The notes: generated by a model not told the origin, from the sequence alone. 54,135 nt of DNA from Candidatus Eiseniibacteriota bacterium (GCA_031370785.1 JANMQY010000049.1:1-54135), one strand, 5' to 3'. Positions 1-9,732 are shown, numbered from the stretch's first letter. Program-made: numbers and translations.

Positions 1-2265
1 GTGGCCGCGCCGGCCGAGGGCATCTACGACGAGTTCAACGGCGGACGCCATTCGGCCTACGCCATCAAGCGCTTCATCAAGTACGCGTACAACCAGTGGA
101 ATTCACGGTTCGTGCTGCTCGCAGGCGACGGCGCTGGGGAAGACCCGCAGAACTTCTACGGCACCTCGGGCGTCGACTGGATCCCGACCCAGATGGTGCT
201 CTCGCCGGTGCCGGTCTACATCCCGAACACCGGCGACTACGCATCCGAGCTCCAGCCCGCCGATCCCTGGTACGTGTGGTGCGTGGATCCGTCGTGCACC
301 GATCCTTCGCTGGCGCCCAAGCTCCACGATCTGTATCTCGGTCGGCTGCCGGTGAATTCGGCCGCCGAGGCGGCGAGCGTCGTGCAGAAGCTGGTGAACT
401 ACGAGAACGTCAGCCCCGCCGACGCGTGGCGACGGCGCATCCTGCTGAGCGCGGACGATGAGTTCTCCGGGGAAAACCTGTTCGGCGGTGGAGCGACGCC
501 CGGTTACTGCCAGCGCAACTACGAGGCCCGCTTCCGCCTGCTCAACGAGACCATCCAGTCGGTCATCCTCAACGAAGCGGGGTTGCGCCGGAGCGAGGTC
601 GAGCTGTTCAACGAGCAGGACTACATCACCGACACCGGGAATCTCACGGTTTCACTGCCGTGCCCGTCGTGCGAGCCCGACACCTGCCGTGTCGACCGCA
701 ACCAGACCATCTCGAACGCGCGCTCGAACGTGACGCCACGGCTTTTCACGCGCCTGAACTCCGGGCGGCTGTGGTGGAACTTCCAGGGCCATGCCAACGA
801 GTCCGTGCTTTCGCACGAGTCGTTCTATCAGAACGACCCCGCCACCAATGACAACACCCTCTACGCGAACAAGGACGTTCCATTCCTGTTCTCGGCGTTC
901 TCGTGCCACTCGAACAATTTCGGACGCTACTACGAACGGCTCAATCAGCTGACTCCTCTGGCATCGCTCGGGGAGCGCATGGTCACGGTGCCGTACGACC
1001 GTGGTGGCGCGATCGCCTCGTGGGCTTCGGTGGGCTACGAGATCATTCCGAGCAACGGGGTGAGCCACATCAACGTGGAGTTCGCGCGCGCCATGTTCTC
1101 GAAGCCGCCGCGCGACCCCGACCTGTCGGATCGCGGATCGCGCGTGGTGCTGGGCGAGGCGATCGCGCTGGCGCTGGTGCGCTGGGAGCCGCAGGTGCGC
1201 GGCGATCCTCTGCAGCGTTCGGTGGGGATGTCCTACGCATTGCTCGGCGACCCGGCGACGCGGCTCTCGATCGGCGCGCCGCAGGCGCTGGTCACCGCCA
1301 ACGGCGACACGGTCACCGACAACCTGCCGGTGCGGCTGCACACGCTCGGCGACACGCTGCGCCTCGAGGCCGACCTGGTCTCGAACCAGAAGATCGATAC
1401 GCTGTGGATCGACCGCTCGATCGACGGCGGCCCGGCGGTCGCGATCCCGGCCACCGACTACACCGTGACTCCGGCGTTCCCCGACACCGGGGCGAGCGGC
1501 AACGGCGGACGCCGCTACCATATCGTCTACCGCACCACGCTGCTGCCGAGCTCCTACCGGTTCACGTTCCACACCATCGATCGCGACGGCGTCCCCGGGG
1601 TGTTCAATGCGGTCTTCCAGTTCCAGACCGTGCTCCGGGTGGATGGCACGCCGATCAACGACGGCGATGCGGTGGCGCCGAGCGCGAACCTGTCGCTGCT
1701 GGTGCTCTCTCCGGCTCCGATCAGCCCCAGGGCCGATCTGACCCTGACCATCAACGGCCAGCCCCAGGTGTTCGACACGCTGGCGGTGGCGAGCGACCCT
1801 TCGCGCCGCGAGTGGGTGCTCAGCTGGCAGCACCCCGACTATCCAGTCGACACCTACGACGTGCGCCTGACCACCTCGAGCAATACGGTCTCGACCCACA
1901 GCTTCAGGGTGGACGTGGGCGGGAACGAGCTGCGCCTTCAGAACGCGCTGGCGTTCCCGAATCCGTTCGAGGACGATCTGGGCACGTTCTTCTCGTTCAA
2001 CCTGACGAGCGGCACACCTGCCGACGTGCTGATTCGCGTGTACACGGTGAGCGGTCGGCTGATCTACACGACGACGCAGCCCGGGCTGCAGCCGGGCTAC
2101 CATCAGATCCCCTGGGATGGCCGCGACTCCGACGGCTCGAGACTCGCCAATGGCATCTACGTCTACCGACTGGTCGCGCGCAGCGCAACGGCCTCGGCTT
2201 CGCACGAAGGGCGGCTGGTCAAGATTCGCCGCCCGCGCCGCGCCGCGGATGTCGCGACGCCCTAG
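1..2265 (+). CDS. C25 (gingipain-family) cysteine peptidase, PorU/type IX sortase-like, with C-terminal FlgD-Ig/T9SS-like sorting domain; 5'-truncated by window edge
   Basis: C25 motifs IYDEFNGG, VLLAGD, LYLGRLPV, catalytic His in FQGHA and Cys in FSCHS, YALLGDPA. C-terminal NALAFPNPF...IRVYTVSGRLI...WDGRDSDG..LANGIYVYRL is a typical CTD. The frame is open from base 1. Confidence 0.85.
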   Translation: MAAPAEGIYDEFNGGRHSAYAIKRFIKYAYNQWNSRFVLLAGDGAGEDPQNFYGTSGVDWIPTQMVLSPVPVYIPNTGDYASELQPADPWYVWCVDPSCTDPSLAPKLHDLYLGRLPVNSAAEAASVVQKLVNYENVSPADAWRRRILLSADDEFSGENLFGGGATPGYCQRNYEARFRLLNETIQSVILNEAGLRRSEVELFNEQDYITDTGNLTVSLPCPSCEPDTCRVDRNQTISNARSNVTPRLFTRLNSGRLWWNFQGHANESVLSHESFYQNDPATNDNTLYANKDVPFLFSAFSCHSNNFGRYYERLNQLTPLASLGERMVTVPYDRGGAIASWASVGYEIIPSNGVSHINVEFARAMFSKPPRDPDLSDRGSRVVLGEAIALALVRWEPQVRGDPLQRSVGMSYALLGDPATRLSIGAPQALVTANGDTVTDNLPVRLHTLGDTLRLEADLVSNQKIDTLWIDRSIDGGPAVAIPATDYTVTPAFPDTGASGNGGRRYHIVYRTTLLPSSYRFTFHTIDRDGVPGVFNAVFQFQTVLRVDGTPINDGDAVAPSANLSLLVLSPAPISPRADLTLTINGQPQVFDTLAVASDPSRREWVLSWQHPDYPVDTYDVRLTTSSNTVSTHSFRVDVGGNELRLQNALAFPNPFEDDLGTFFSFNLTSGTPADVLIRVYTVSGRLIYTTTQPGLQPGYHQIPWDGRDSDGSRLANGIYVYRLVARSATASASHEGRLVKIRRPRRAADVATP

Positions 2266-4213
2266 GCCCGGCTTCGCCGGCCGCGTGCTCTGCATGGCGC
2301 TGGTGGCCGCCGCGTGCGCCGCCTCGCTCGCCAGCAGCGCCCCCGCGCCGGTCACTCCGCCGGGCGCGCCGCCTTCTTCAGCCGCAAACGCCCCGACCCG
2401 TGCGTCGCACATGATCGCGATCGCCGAGGACGCGCGGCGCGCCGACGGCACCCTCCAGCGCTTCCTGCGCGACCCCGATCCGAAACTCCGCCAGCGCGCC
2501 GTGCTCGCGCTCGGACGGCTTCAGGATTCGACCACGGTCGACGCCCTGGTGCCGCTGCTCACCGATCCCGAATTCGACGTGCGGCGCGAAGCGGTGTTCG
2601 CACTCGGTCAGATCGGGCATCGCAGCGCGCGTGCGCCGCTCGAGAAGCTGCTGGTGTCGGGCGAGGTCAGGATCGAGGACCTGGCAATCGAGGCGCTCGG
2701 CAAGATCGGCGACAAGGCGTCGACCCCGCATCTCACCGTATTCCTCGGCGACGACTCCGCGCTGCTGCGCGGCGAAGCCGCGGTCGCGTTGTGGCGGCTC
2801 GCGGATTCGACCGCGGTCGACGCGCTGCTGCGCCACCACGACGACGTCGATCCGGAAGTGCGCTGGCGCGTGCTGTATGCGCTCGAGAAGATCGTGCAGC
2901 CGGCGAGGGTCGTACTCCACGCGGCGCTCCACGTCGACGATCCGGAGTGGATCGTGCGCGCACAGGCGGTGCGCACCCTCGGTCGGCAGAAGTCCTCGCG
3001 CGGTACGGCCTACGTGGTCCAGAAGCTCGACGATCCCGAAGTGCCGGTGGTGGTGAATGCGATCCGCGCGCTGCAGCTGATCGCGGACTCGACCTCCTCG
3101 GCATGCGCCAGAGGGCTGATTCGCGCGCTGGGCCACCCGCACCCGTACGTTCGCGTGACCGCGGCCGGCGCGCTGGCCGATCGATTCACCTGGGCTCAGG
3201 TCGACTCGATGACCCGCCGAACTGCGCGCGACTCGCTCACCGCCCATCTCGCGGACCCGGACGCCGCCACCCGCGGCGCGGCCGCGCGCGCGCTGCTCGC
3301 ACGCGACAGCGACGCCGCATTCGCACGCGTCGCGCCTCTGCTCGACGATCCTTCGATTTACACCCGGGTCGCGGTGCTGAACGGCCTGCGTTCCCTGCAC
3401 AGGGGAAGCGCCCACGCCGAAGAGCTGCGCCGCCGTCTCTCCCATGATCAGCCACTGTTCGTGCGCATGACCGCGGCCGAAGTGCTGGGCTCCCGCAACG
3501 AGCCGGGCACCCGCGCGCTGCTGCGCGCCGGGCTCGCCGACTCGACGCTGCTCTACGTGGCTGCGTGTGCCGCCGCGCTCGCCGAGTCCCGCGACAGCGC
3601 CAGCGTTCCGGCGCTGGCCCGCGCCTACGCGGCGCGCGCGGGCGATGCCGATCCCGACGCCAGGATCTCGATCCGGGACGCCCTGCGCGATCTGGCCGGG
3701 CGCGCCTACGCCGACAGCGTCGAGCGCGCGCACCCACCGCGAAACACCGCCCCGCCGCCTGAAGTCAACGACATCGAGACGCCGTCCTCCGTGCGTGGGG
3801 TGGTGCTGCATACCACCGCGGGCGACATCGAGTGGGAATTCTTCGGGAGTGAGGCGCCGCTGACCGTGAAGAACTTCGTCCGCCTCGCCTCCGAGCGCTA
3901 CTTCGACGGGCTCGCGATCCATCGCGTGGTGCCGAACTTCGTGATCCAGGATGGCGATCCCACCGGCACCGGCTCGGGCGGCCCCGGCTACACCATCCGC
4001 TGCGAGTACAACCGGCTGCGCTACGACACCGGCATGGTCGGCATGGCGCTCTCCGGAAAGGACACCGGCGGCAGCCAGTGGTTCATCACTCACGCTCCCC
4101 AGCCGCACCTGAACGGGCGCTACACCATTTTCGCGCGCGTGATCCGCGGCATGGATGTGGTCGGGCGCATCGTGCAGGGCGATCGGGTGAACCAGGTCGA
4201 GCTCGTTCGCTGA
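2249..4213 (+). CDS. Exported HEAT-repeat protein fused to a C-terminal cyclophilin-type peptidyl-prolyl isomerase
   Basis: Signal-peptide-like N-terminus. Repeated D(P)DP.VR..A..ALG HEAT units. Cyclophilin motifs FDGLAIHRVVPNFVIQDGDP.GTGSGGPGY, GMALSGKDTGGSQWFITH, LNGRYTIF. Start is either ATG 2249 (overlaps the upstream stop) or ATG 2294. Confidence 0.88.
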   Translation: MSRRPRPGFAGRVLCMALVAAACAASLASSAPAPVTPPGAPPSSAANAPTRASHMIAIAEDARRADGTLQRFLRDPDPKLRQRAVLALGRLQDSTTVDALVPLLTDPEFDVRREAVFALGQIGHRSARAPLEKLLVSGEVRIEDLAIEALGKIGDKASTPHLTVFLGDDSALLRGEAAVALWRLADSTAVDALLRHHDDVDPEVRWRVLYALEKIVQPARVVLHAALHVDDPEWIVRAQAVRTLGRQKSSRGTAYVVQKLDDPEVPVVVNAIRALQLIADSTSSACARGLIRALGHPHPYVRVTAAGALADRFTWAQVDSMTRRTARDSLTAHLADPDAATRGAAARALLARDSDAAFARVAPLLDDPSIYTRVAVLNGLRSLHRGSAHAEELRRRLSHDQPLFVRMTAAEVLGSRNEPGTRALLRAGLADSTLLYVAACAAALAESRDSASVPALARAYAARAGDADPDARISIRDALRDLAGRAYADSVERAHPPRNTAPPPEVNDIETPSSVRGVVLHTTAGDIEWEFFGSEAPLTVKNFVRLASERYFDGLAIHRVVPNFVIQDGDPTGTGSGGPGYTIRCEYNRLRYDTGMVGMALSGKDTGGSQWFITHAPQPHLNGRYTIFARVIRGMDVVGRIVQGDRVNQVELVR

Positions 4214-4216
4214 CCC

Positions 4217-6262
4217 GTGCCGAAGCGCCCCCGACCGATCCCCGCTGATCCGGCGCCGCTTCCGCTTGACCATCCGGCGCTGATCGCAGCCGCCCTGGTC
4301 GCGGTCGCATGCATCGTGGTCTCGGTCAGCTTCCGCATCTACGACACCGACATCTGGCAGCACCTCGCGGTCGGGCGCGCGATCTGGACGCTGCATCACG
4401 TTCCGACCACGCAGCTCTGGACGTGGCCCACCTACGGCGCGCCCGACGTGAATGCGTCGTGGGGATTCCGCGCGCTGATCTGGCCGGTGTGGCACGCGTG
4501 GGGAGTGCCGGGGCTGTTCGCGTGGCGCTGGCTCGCCACGCTCGCCGCGTTCGCGATTCTGTGGGCGACCGCCCGGCGCATGGGCGCGCGCGGATTCACG
4601 CCGCTCGTCGTGCTGGTGCTGTGCTCGCTGATCTACCGGCAGCGCTCGCAGGTGCGCCCCGAGACGCTGGTCTCGGTGCTGCTCGCGCTCGAGCTCTGGA
4701 TCTTGGAGACGCGGCGGCGCGCTCCGGGGTCGGGGAACCCTGGCCCGGATCGGGTGTTCTGGCTGATCCCGATCGCCTGGGGTTGGGCCAACGTCCATAT
4801 CTCGTACTACGTCGGCATCGTGCTGCTCGTCTTCCACCTGATCGGCACGCGGCCGCTCGGCGCATCGAAGCGTGGGCCGCAGGCGAAGGCGGAGTGGAAC
4901 GCGTGGCGCCGGCTGCTGCTGGCGAGCGCGCTCGCCGTCGGGGTCTCGTTCGTGAACCCGTGGGGCTGGCGTGCGCTGTGGCAGCCGTTTGAATACTTCT
5001 TTCAGTGGCGCCACGAGCCCATCTTCCAGAGCATCGGCGAGCTGAAGCCGGTGGTGTGGTCCAACAATCTGCTCAATGGCCTGCCGCTGATCCTGCTCGC
5101 GTGGCCCGCGCTGCTGTTGTGGCGCGCGTCGCGCTTCGGTTTCGATCGAGTCGAGGCGCTCACCCTCGCCTTCTTCGCCGCGATCGCGCTCGGCAGCCAG
5201 CGTTTCTTAGGGACCTTCGCGCTGGTCGCGGCGCCCTACCTCGCGCGCGACCTTCACGACGCGTGGCGCACGACGCGCCTGGCCGCCGCGGTGCGCTCAC
5301 CCTGGGCACGGGCGCTGCTCGCCTCGGCGGCGTGTGTGGCGGTCAGCCTGCCCGAGTGGAAGCGCGCCGACCTGCCGCTCGGGATCGAGATGGAGGACTT
5401 CCAGTATCCGATCCGGGCCTGCGACTACATCGAAGCGAACGGCATCCGCGGGCGCAGCTTCAACCAGTTTGCCGCCGGCGGATACATCCTCTACCGCTTC
5501 TGGCCCGATCGCACCCGACTTCCGTTCATGGACATTCATCAGGCTGGAACCCGCGAGGATCGCACGCTCTACGCGTACTCGCTCGGCAGTCCGCCGTACT
5601 GGCGCGAGCTGGATGCGCGCCACCGGTTCGAGTACGCGGTGCTGTTCCGCCACCAGTTTCCGCGCGAGATCCTGATCGACGTGCTCGACGCCGATTCGAC
5701 CTGGGCCCACGTGTTCATGGACGATGCGGCCGTGGTGTACGTGCGGCGGGGCGGCGCCTTCCAGTCGCTCATCGCACGCGATGCGTATGCGGTGGTGCCC
5801 GGTGGGAACGGAGCGCTCAATGCGCTCGGCGCGGCGTCCGAGAACGACTCCCTCCTGCGCCGGCGGGTGAGGGCAGAGCTCGAGCGCGCGATCGAGGGCT
5901 CCCCGTGGCACTCGCGCTCCGCGAGCCTGCTCGCGAACGTGACGCTGATCGAACATCGCCCCGAGGAAGCGTCCGACCTGTTGCGTGAGGCACTGCGCGT
6001 CGATCCGCTCACGCCCAGGGCGCGGGAACGGCTGGGCATGATCGCGCTGGATGCCGGGCGGCCGCGCGATGCGCTCGGCCTGTTCGAGAAGGAGCGCCGC
6101 GTGGTCGGTCGTTCGGTGAGCCTCGAGCTGTTGACCGCCGCCGCGTGGCGTGCGCTCGGAGACTTGGGCCGCGCACGCACCGCATACCGCGAGGCGCTGC
6201 GACTCGATCCCGCGAACCAGACGGCGCGCGATTCGCTCGCCGCCTTCGGGGGGACGCCATGA
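4217..6262 (+). CDS. Polytopic membrane protein, probable GT-C-fold glycosyltransferase-like, with C-terminal TPR repeats
   Basis: Many hydrophobic segments. Acidic first loop DTDIWQHLAVG, plus RPE, WANVH and VNPWG motifs. TPR-like C-terminus (YREALRLDPANQTAR). Starts 3 nt after the upstream stop. Confidence 0.65.
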   Translation: MPKRPRPIPADPAPLPLDHPALIAAALVAVACIVVSVSFRIYDTDIWQHLAVGRAIWTLHHVPTTQLWTWPTYGAPDVNASWGFRALIWPVWHAWGVPGLFAWRWLATLAAFAILWATARRMGARGFTPLVVLVLCSLIYRQRSQVRPETLVSVLLALELWILETRRRAPGSGNPGPDRVFWLIPIAWGWANVHISYYVGIVLLVFHLIGTRPLGASKRGPQAKAEWNAWRRLLLASALAVGVSFVNPWGWRALWQPFEYFFQWRHEPIFQSIGELKPVVWSNNLLNGLPLILLAWPALLLWRASRFGFDRVEALTLAFFAAIALGSQRFLGTFALVAAPYLARDLHDAWRTTRLAAAVRSPWARALLASAACVAVSLPEWKRADLPLGIEMEDFQYPIRACDYIEANGIRGRSFNQFAAGGYILYRFWPDRTRLPFMDIHQAGTREDRTLYAYSLGSPPYWRELDARHRFEYAVLFRHQFPREILIDVLDADSTWAHVFMDDAAVVYVRRGGAFQSLIARDAYAVVPGGNGALNALGAASENDSLLRRRVRAELERAIEGSPWHSRSASLLANVTLIEHRPEEASDLLREALRVDPLTPRARERLGMIALDAGRPRDALGLFEKERRVVGRSVSLELLTAAAWRALGDLGRARTAYREALRLDPANQTARDSLAAFGGTP

Positions 6263-8061
6263 GCCCGCCGAACGCGGGCGACCGCACACGCGGCGAGCGT
6301 GGCGAGCGCACGCGCCCCGCGCGTCCCGCGAGCGCTCCAACCTCGCGTAGCGCGGCCGGCACGCTGCGGCACGAACGCGCGATCGTCGCCGCGCTGCTCG
6401 CGCTCCACCTCGGGATCGTGGTGTGGGGCGTGGCGCGAAACTCGGTCATGTTCGATGAGAACTTCCATCTGCCGGCAGGAATCGCGATCGTGGCCCGGCG
6501 CGATTTCAGCGTCTCGGTCGCGCAGCCGCCGCTGGTCAAGACCGCATGCGCGCTCGCGGCGCTCGCGGCCGGCGCCCGCGTGCCGCCCGCTCACGCGCTG
6601 CCGCCCAATGCCGAGTACGCCGCGGGCGAAGACTTCCAGCACGCCAACCGCGACCGCTACGTGCGCGTGTTCACTGCCGCGCGCTTGGTGGTCGCCGCGC
6701 TCTCAGGTCTGCTCGGGTTGCTGGTGTGGCGCTGGGCGCGCCGCCTTTACGGTCCGCACGGGGCGGCGCTCGCGCTCGCGGCCTACGCGTTCTCGCCCGA
6801 AGCCCTGGCTCACGCCGGCGTGGTTGGCATGGACCTCGCGACCGCGCTCGGATTCACCGCTTCGCTGTACGCGTTCTGGCGCTTCGCGCGCGGCGGCGCC
6901 TGGGGCTGGCTGGCGTGCACCGCGCTCGCGCTCGGGCTCAGCCTGCTGACGCGCTTCAGCGCGGTCCAGCTCGCGCCCGCGTTCCTGGCTCTGGCCGCGC
7001 TCGGCGCGGCGAGGGGACGGCTGCGCTCACCGGGACGGGTGTGGCTCGGGCTCGCGCTCCTGCCCTTCACCTCGCTGCTCATGCTCAACGCCGGATACCT
7101 GTTCCAGACCTCGCTCGCCCCGCTGTCGAGCTGGCACTTCAGGTCCGATTCGTTTCAGAGCCTGGCCCGCGCCTGGCCTGCACTGCGCCTGCCGTTGCCG
7201 GACCCGTGCATCGCGGGCTTCGACTACATCTCGAGCCTTCAAGCCCAGGGCGCGCTCCGCACCTTCCTGCTCGGCAGGGTGAGCGAGCACAGCCACTGGT
7301 ACTACATGCCGTTCGCGCTGCTCATCAAGTGGCCGCTCGGATTCCTCGGGCTGCTCGGGGCCCGCGCCGCTTTCGACGTCTGGCTCGGGCGGGGCGCAAC
7401 GCGCGACCGGATCGCGCGCCCACGCCGAGCCTGGCACGAGCGCTTCCTGCTGATCCCGGCCGCAGTGCTGCTCATCGTCGCGATGTTCTTCGCGCATCTC
7501 GACGTCGGGATTCGCTACCTGCTCCCGATCGTTCCCCTGCTGTGCGTGTGGATCGGAGGCCTGCTGGCGCATCCCGCGCGCGTGGCGGCCGCGCGCCGCG
7601 CCCCGCTCCGCCGCTGGCGGCGCTTCGCGCTCGCGCTGGCGCTGCTGATGGCGGCCGAGACCCTGAGCGCCGCGCCTTACGAGCTCTCGTTCTTCAACCG
7701 GCTCGCCGGCGCGCACCCGGATCGGTTGATCAACGACTCGAATGTGGACTGGGGACAGGGACTGATCGCCCTGCGTGACGAGCTGCGGCGTCGCGGCATC
7801 GACCACATCCAGCTCGTGTATCACGGCACTACCGACCCCGCGCTCTACGGCATCGATTACGAGGCCTATCTGGGCGGCGTCCCCTCGCCCGACAGCGACT
7901 GGCTCGCGGTGAGCAGCTATTACCTGGTGGGCCTGCCCCAGCGCATGATCACGCCTCAGGGACGCACCGATGCGCTCATGCGCTTCGAGCTGCGCGACCT
8001 CTGGGACCGACCTGCGGCCGCGCACCTTGCCGGGAGCATCTACCTCTACCGCATGCGCTAG
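6259..8061 (+). CDS. ArnT/PMT-like (GT-C) membrane glycosyltransferase
   Basis: ATGA overlap with the upstream gene. FDE..H first-loop motif, QPPLVK, AFSPEALAHA, DSNVDWGQ, multiple TM helices. Confidence 0.75.
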   Translation: MSPPNAGDRTRGERGERTRPARPASAPTSRSAAGTLRHERAIVAALLALHLGIVVWGVARNSVMFDENFHLPAGIAIVARRDFSVSVAQPPLVKTACALAALAAGARVPPAHALPPNAEYAAGEDFQHANRDRYVRVFTAARLVVAALSGLLGLLVWRWARRLYGPHGAALALAAYAFSPEALAHAGVVGMDLATALGFTASLYAFWRFARGGAWGWLACTALALGLSLLTRFSAVQLAPAFLALAALGAARGRLRSPGRVWLGLALLPFTSLLMLNAGYLFQTSLAPLSSWHFRSDSFQSLARAWPALRLPLPDPCIAGFDYISSLQAQGALRTFLLGRVSEHSHWYYMPFALLIKWPLGFLGLLGARAAFDVWLGRGATRDRIARPRRAWHERFLLIPAAVLLIVAMFFAHLDVGIRYLLPIVPLLCVWIGGLLAHPARVAAARRAPLRRWRRFALALALLMAAETLSAAPYELSFFNRLAGAHPDRLINDSNVDWGQGLIALRDELRRRGIDHIQLVYHGTTDPALYGIDYEAYLGGVPSPDSDWLAVSSYYLVGLPQRMITPQGRTDALMRFELRDLWDRPAAAHLAGSIYLYRMR

Positions 8062-8090
8062 GTGCGCCGGCCCGCGCGCGTCATGTGAGA

Positions 8091-8117
8091 ACGCCGCGGA
8101 CCGATCGTCCGCGGCGT
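8091..8117. terminator. GC-rich hairpin between convergent genes (probable terminator)
   Basis: Perfect 11-bp stem ACGCCGCGGAC / GTCCGCGGCGT with a 5-nt loop. No strong U-tract. Confidence 0.5.
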
Positions 8118-8157
8118 CCCATTCCCATCGTGCGCCGAACCCGACGCGCGGTCTTCT

Positions 8158-8586
8158 CTACTTCGCCACCTCCTGCTTCGCGGTGACCATCATGCGAACC
8201 TTCGCGTACTGAGCCGGGGTCAGAATCTTGTTCTTGATCAGATCGACCTTCGACTTGTACGGCCGGCCAGCGATGATCCTGTCCGCGGTGTCTTCACCGA
8301 TCCCGGGCAGCCTGGCGAGGTCCTCCTTGGACGCGGTGTTGAGGTCGACGCGGCTCCTGGCCACCATGTGCGACTTGGTGCTGACCCTGGTAGTGCCCGA
8401 GGCGTTGGTGGTTGCCCCACTCGGAGCGACCTGTGCCGACCTGGTGACGGACGTAGTCGTCTTGGCCGCGGGCGTTGCCGCCTTGGCCGGTGCCGGAGCG
8501 GTGGTCCCGCTCTGGGCCGCTGACATCCATGCGGTCAGGGCCAGCGCGAGCACACCGAGCATGAGACTGGACCGATGAACCTTCAT
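8158..8586 (-). CDS. ComEA-family helix-hairpin-helix DNA-binding exported protein
   Basis: Signal peptide, Ala/Thr/Pro linker, then VDLNTASKEDLARLPGIGEDTADRIIAGRPY (HhH). GGAGAGG RBS precedes ATG 8586. Confidence 0.85.
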   Translation of the reverse strand: MKVHRSSLMLGVLALALTAWMSAAQSGTTAPAPAKAATPAAKTTTSVTRSAQVAPSGATTNASGTTRVSTKSHMVARSRVDLNTASKEDLARLPGIGEDTADRIIAGRPYKSKVDLIKNKILTPAQYAKVRMMVTAKQEVAK

Positions 8587-9287
8587 GACGAACCTCTCCA
8601 TGAGGGCCTGGGTTTCCACGCCGCCGTGCCCTCGGGGCGGTCGGCGTGCGAGCGGCCAGACGGCGGCTCGAGTGAAACGGGAACCGGAACGCCGCACGCC
8701 CAATCGGCCAGGCGTGCGAGAACGCGCGTGTCGGCGATGGGGTGGCAGGCGATCGGTAATGTGGGAGGGACGAGAGCCGCGCGCCGAGGAGTGAAGGGGC
8801 GCTGCGGGCATTGCGTAGCGGAAGCGTCGGTCGGTCCGGCGCGTGGAGGCGCCCGACCCGCAAGCGTGAGACTCATCCCCGGCGAGTAGTCGAGATCAGC
8901 AAACGAGAGCGCGCCCTCGAGCCTCGGCGCGGCGCAATCCGCCGCGAGCATCGAATGTACGCTCGTGCCGAAGCGTGCGGTCGAGCCCGGCGCGTGGCGC
9001 AGGGTGTGGAGCGTCGACGGCAGCGCGGCCTTGCGGTCGGAGTGATGCGCCGGCGCGCTCGGCGGCACGACCGGACGCGGCGTGGTGGGAGCATTCGCAA
9101 GGCTGGCGTGTCGCACGAGATGCGCGTGGTGTGCCGTGTGCTGTACATGCGCGCGAGGTCTCGAGTGCGCCGCGGTGTGCACGGCGGGCGCAGCGTTCGG
9201 CGAGCAGGCGTGCGCGGCCGAAGTACACAACGCGAGCGCGGCTCCGATCAGGGCGGCACAACGAACAAAGGTTGCGATGCGCTTCAT
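8583..9287 (-). CDS. Hypothetical exported His/Pro-rich protein with RAPP-RAGP motif (putative leader/arrest peptide)
   Basis: AAGGA RBS before ATG 9287. Signal peptide MKRIATFVRCAALIGAALALCTSAAHA. His-rich segment. GRAPPRAGP. Stop overlaps the ComEA start (ATGA). Confidence 0.55.
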   Translation of the reverse strand: MKRIATFVRCAALIGAALALCTSAAHACSPNAAPAVHTAAHSRPRAHVQHTAHHAHLVRHASLANAPTTPRPVVPPSAPAHHSDRKAALPSTLHTLRHAPGSTARFGTSVHSMLAADCAAPRLEGALSFADLDYSPGMSLTLAGRAPPRAGPTDASATQCPQRPFTPRRAALVPPTLPIACHPIADTRVLARLADWACGVPVPVSLEPPSGRSHADRPEGTAAWKPRPSWRGSS

Positions 9288-9732
9288 GTGATCCTTGGCT
9301 CCTGGTCCAGGCGACCCCGCGAGGATCGACCTTCGGGCGCTGAGTACTACACCATCGGGTCCCCGCAGTTTCAAGGCCCGCGTGATTCCCTTGAGGGGGC
9401 AGGAGGACGCGGCCGCAGCCTCTACACGAGATGGTCAATTCTCGCAGCGGCGGGACTCGTGAAGCGATCTCGTCGGTGCCTGCGCCACGCGCCCTGACCC
9501 GAATGCTGCTCGCCGATGACTCGCTTCGAAAGGATCTGGAAGAATCGGGCAATGATTCCGCCTTCACGGCGCAAGAACCCCGATCCACTGCACCGATCGA
9601 TGACAGTCGTGGGGGATCCGCCAACCAACTGGGTGTTGTGGCCATCCGTCAAAAGATGCGTCGGACGCAGTAAAACCGACCCCAAACGCATCCGAAGGGG
9701 TACAATCAATGCGCCTCCTTTGAGGAGGATTT

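Noticed and set aside
652..5014. Long minus-strand ORFs (599 aa and 878 aa)
   Set aside because: Antisense shadows of well-supported plus-strand genes. Arg/Ala-rich with no motifs, as expected from high-GC codon bias.
9290..9730. Lower-GC intergenic region as a riboswitch/ncRNA or small ORFs
   Set aside because: Only short scattered hairpins. No family consensus recognisable by eye; needs an Rfam scan.
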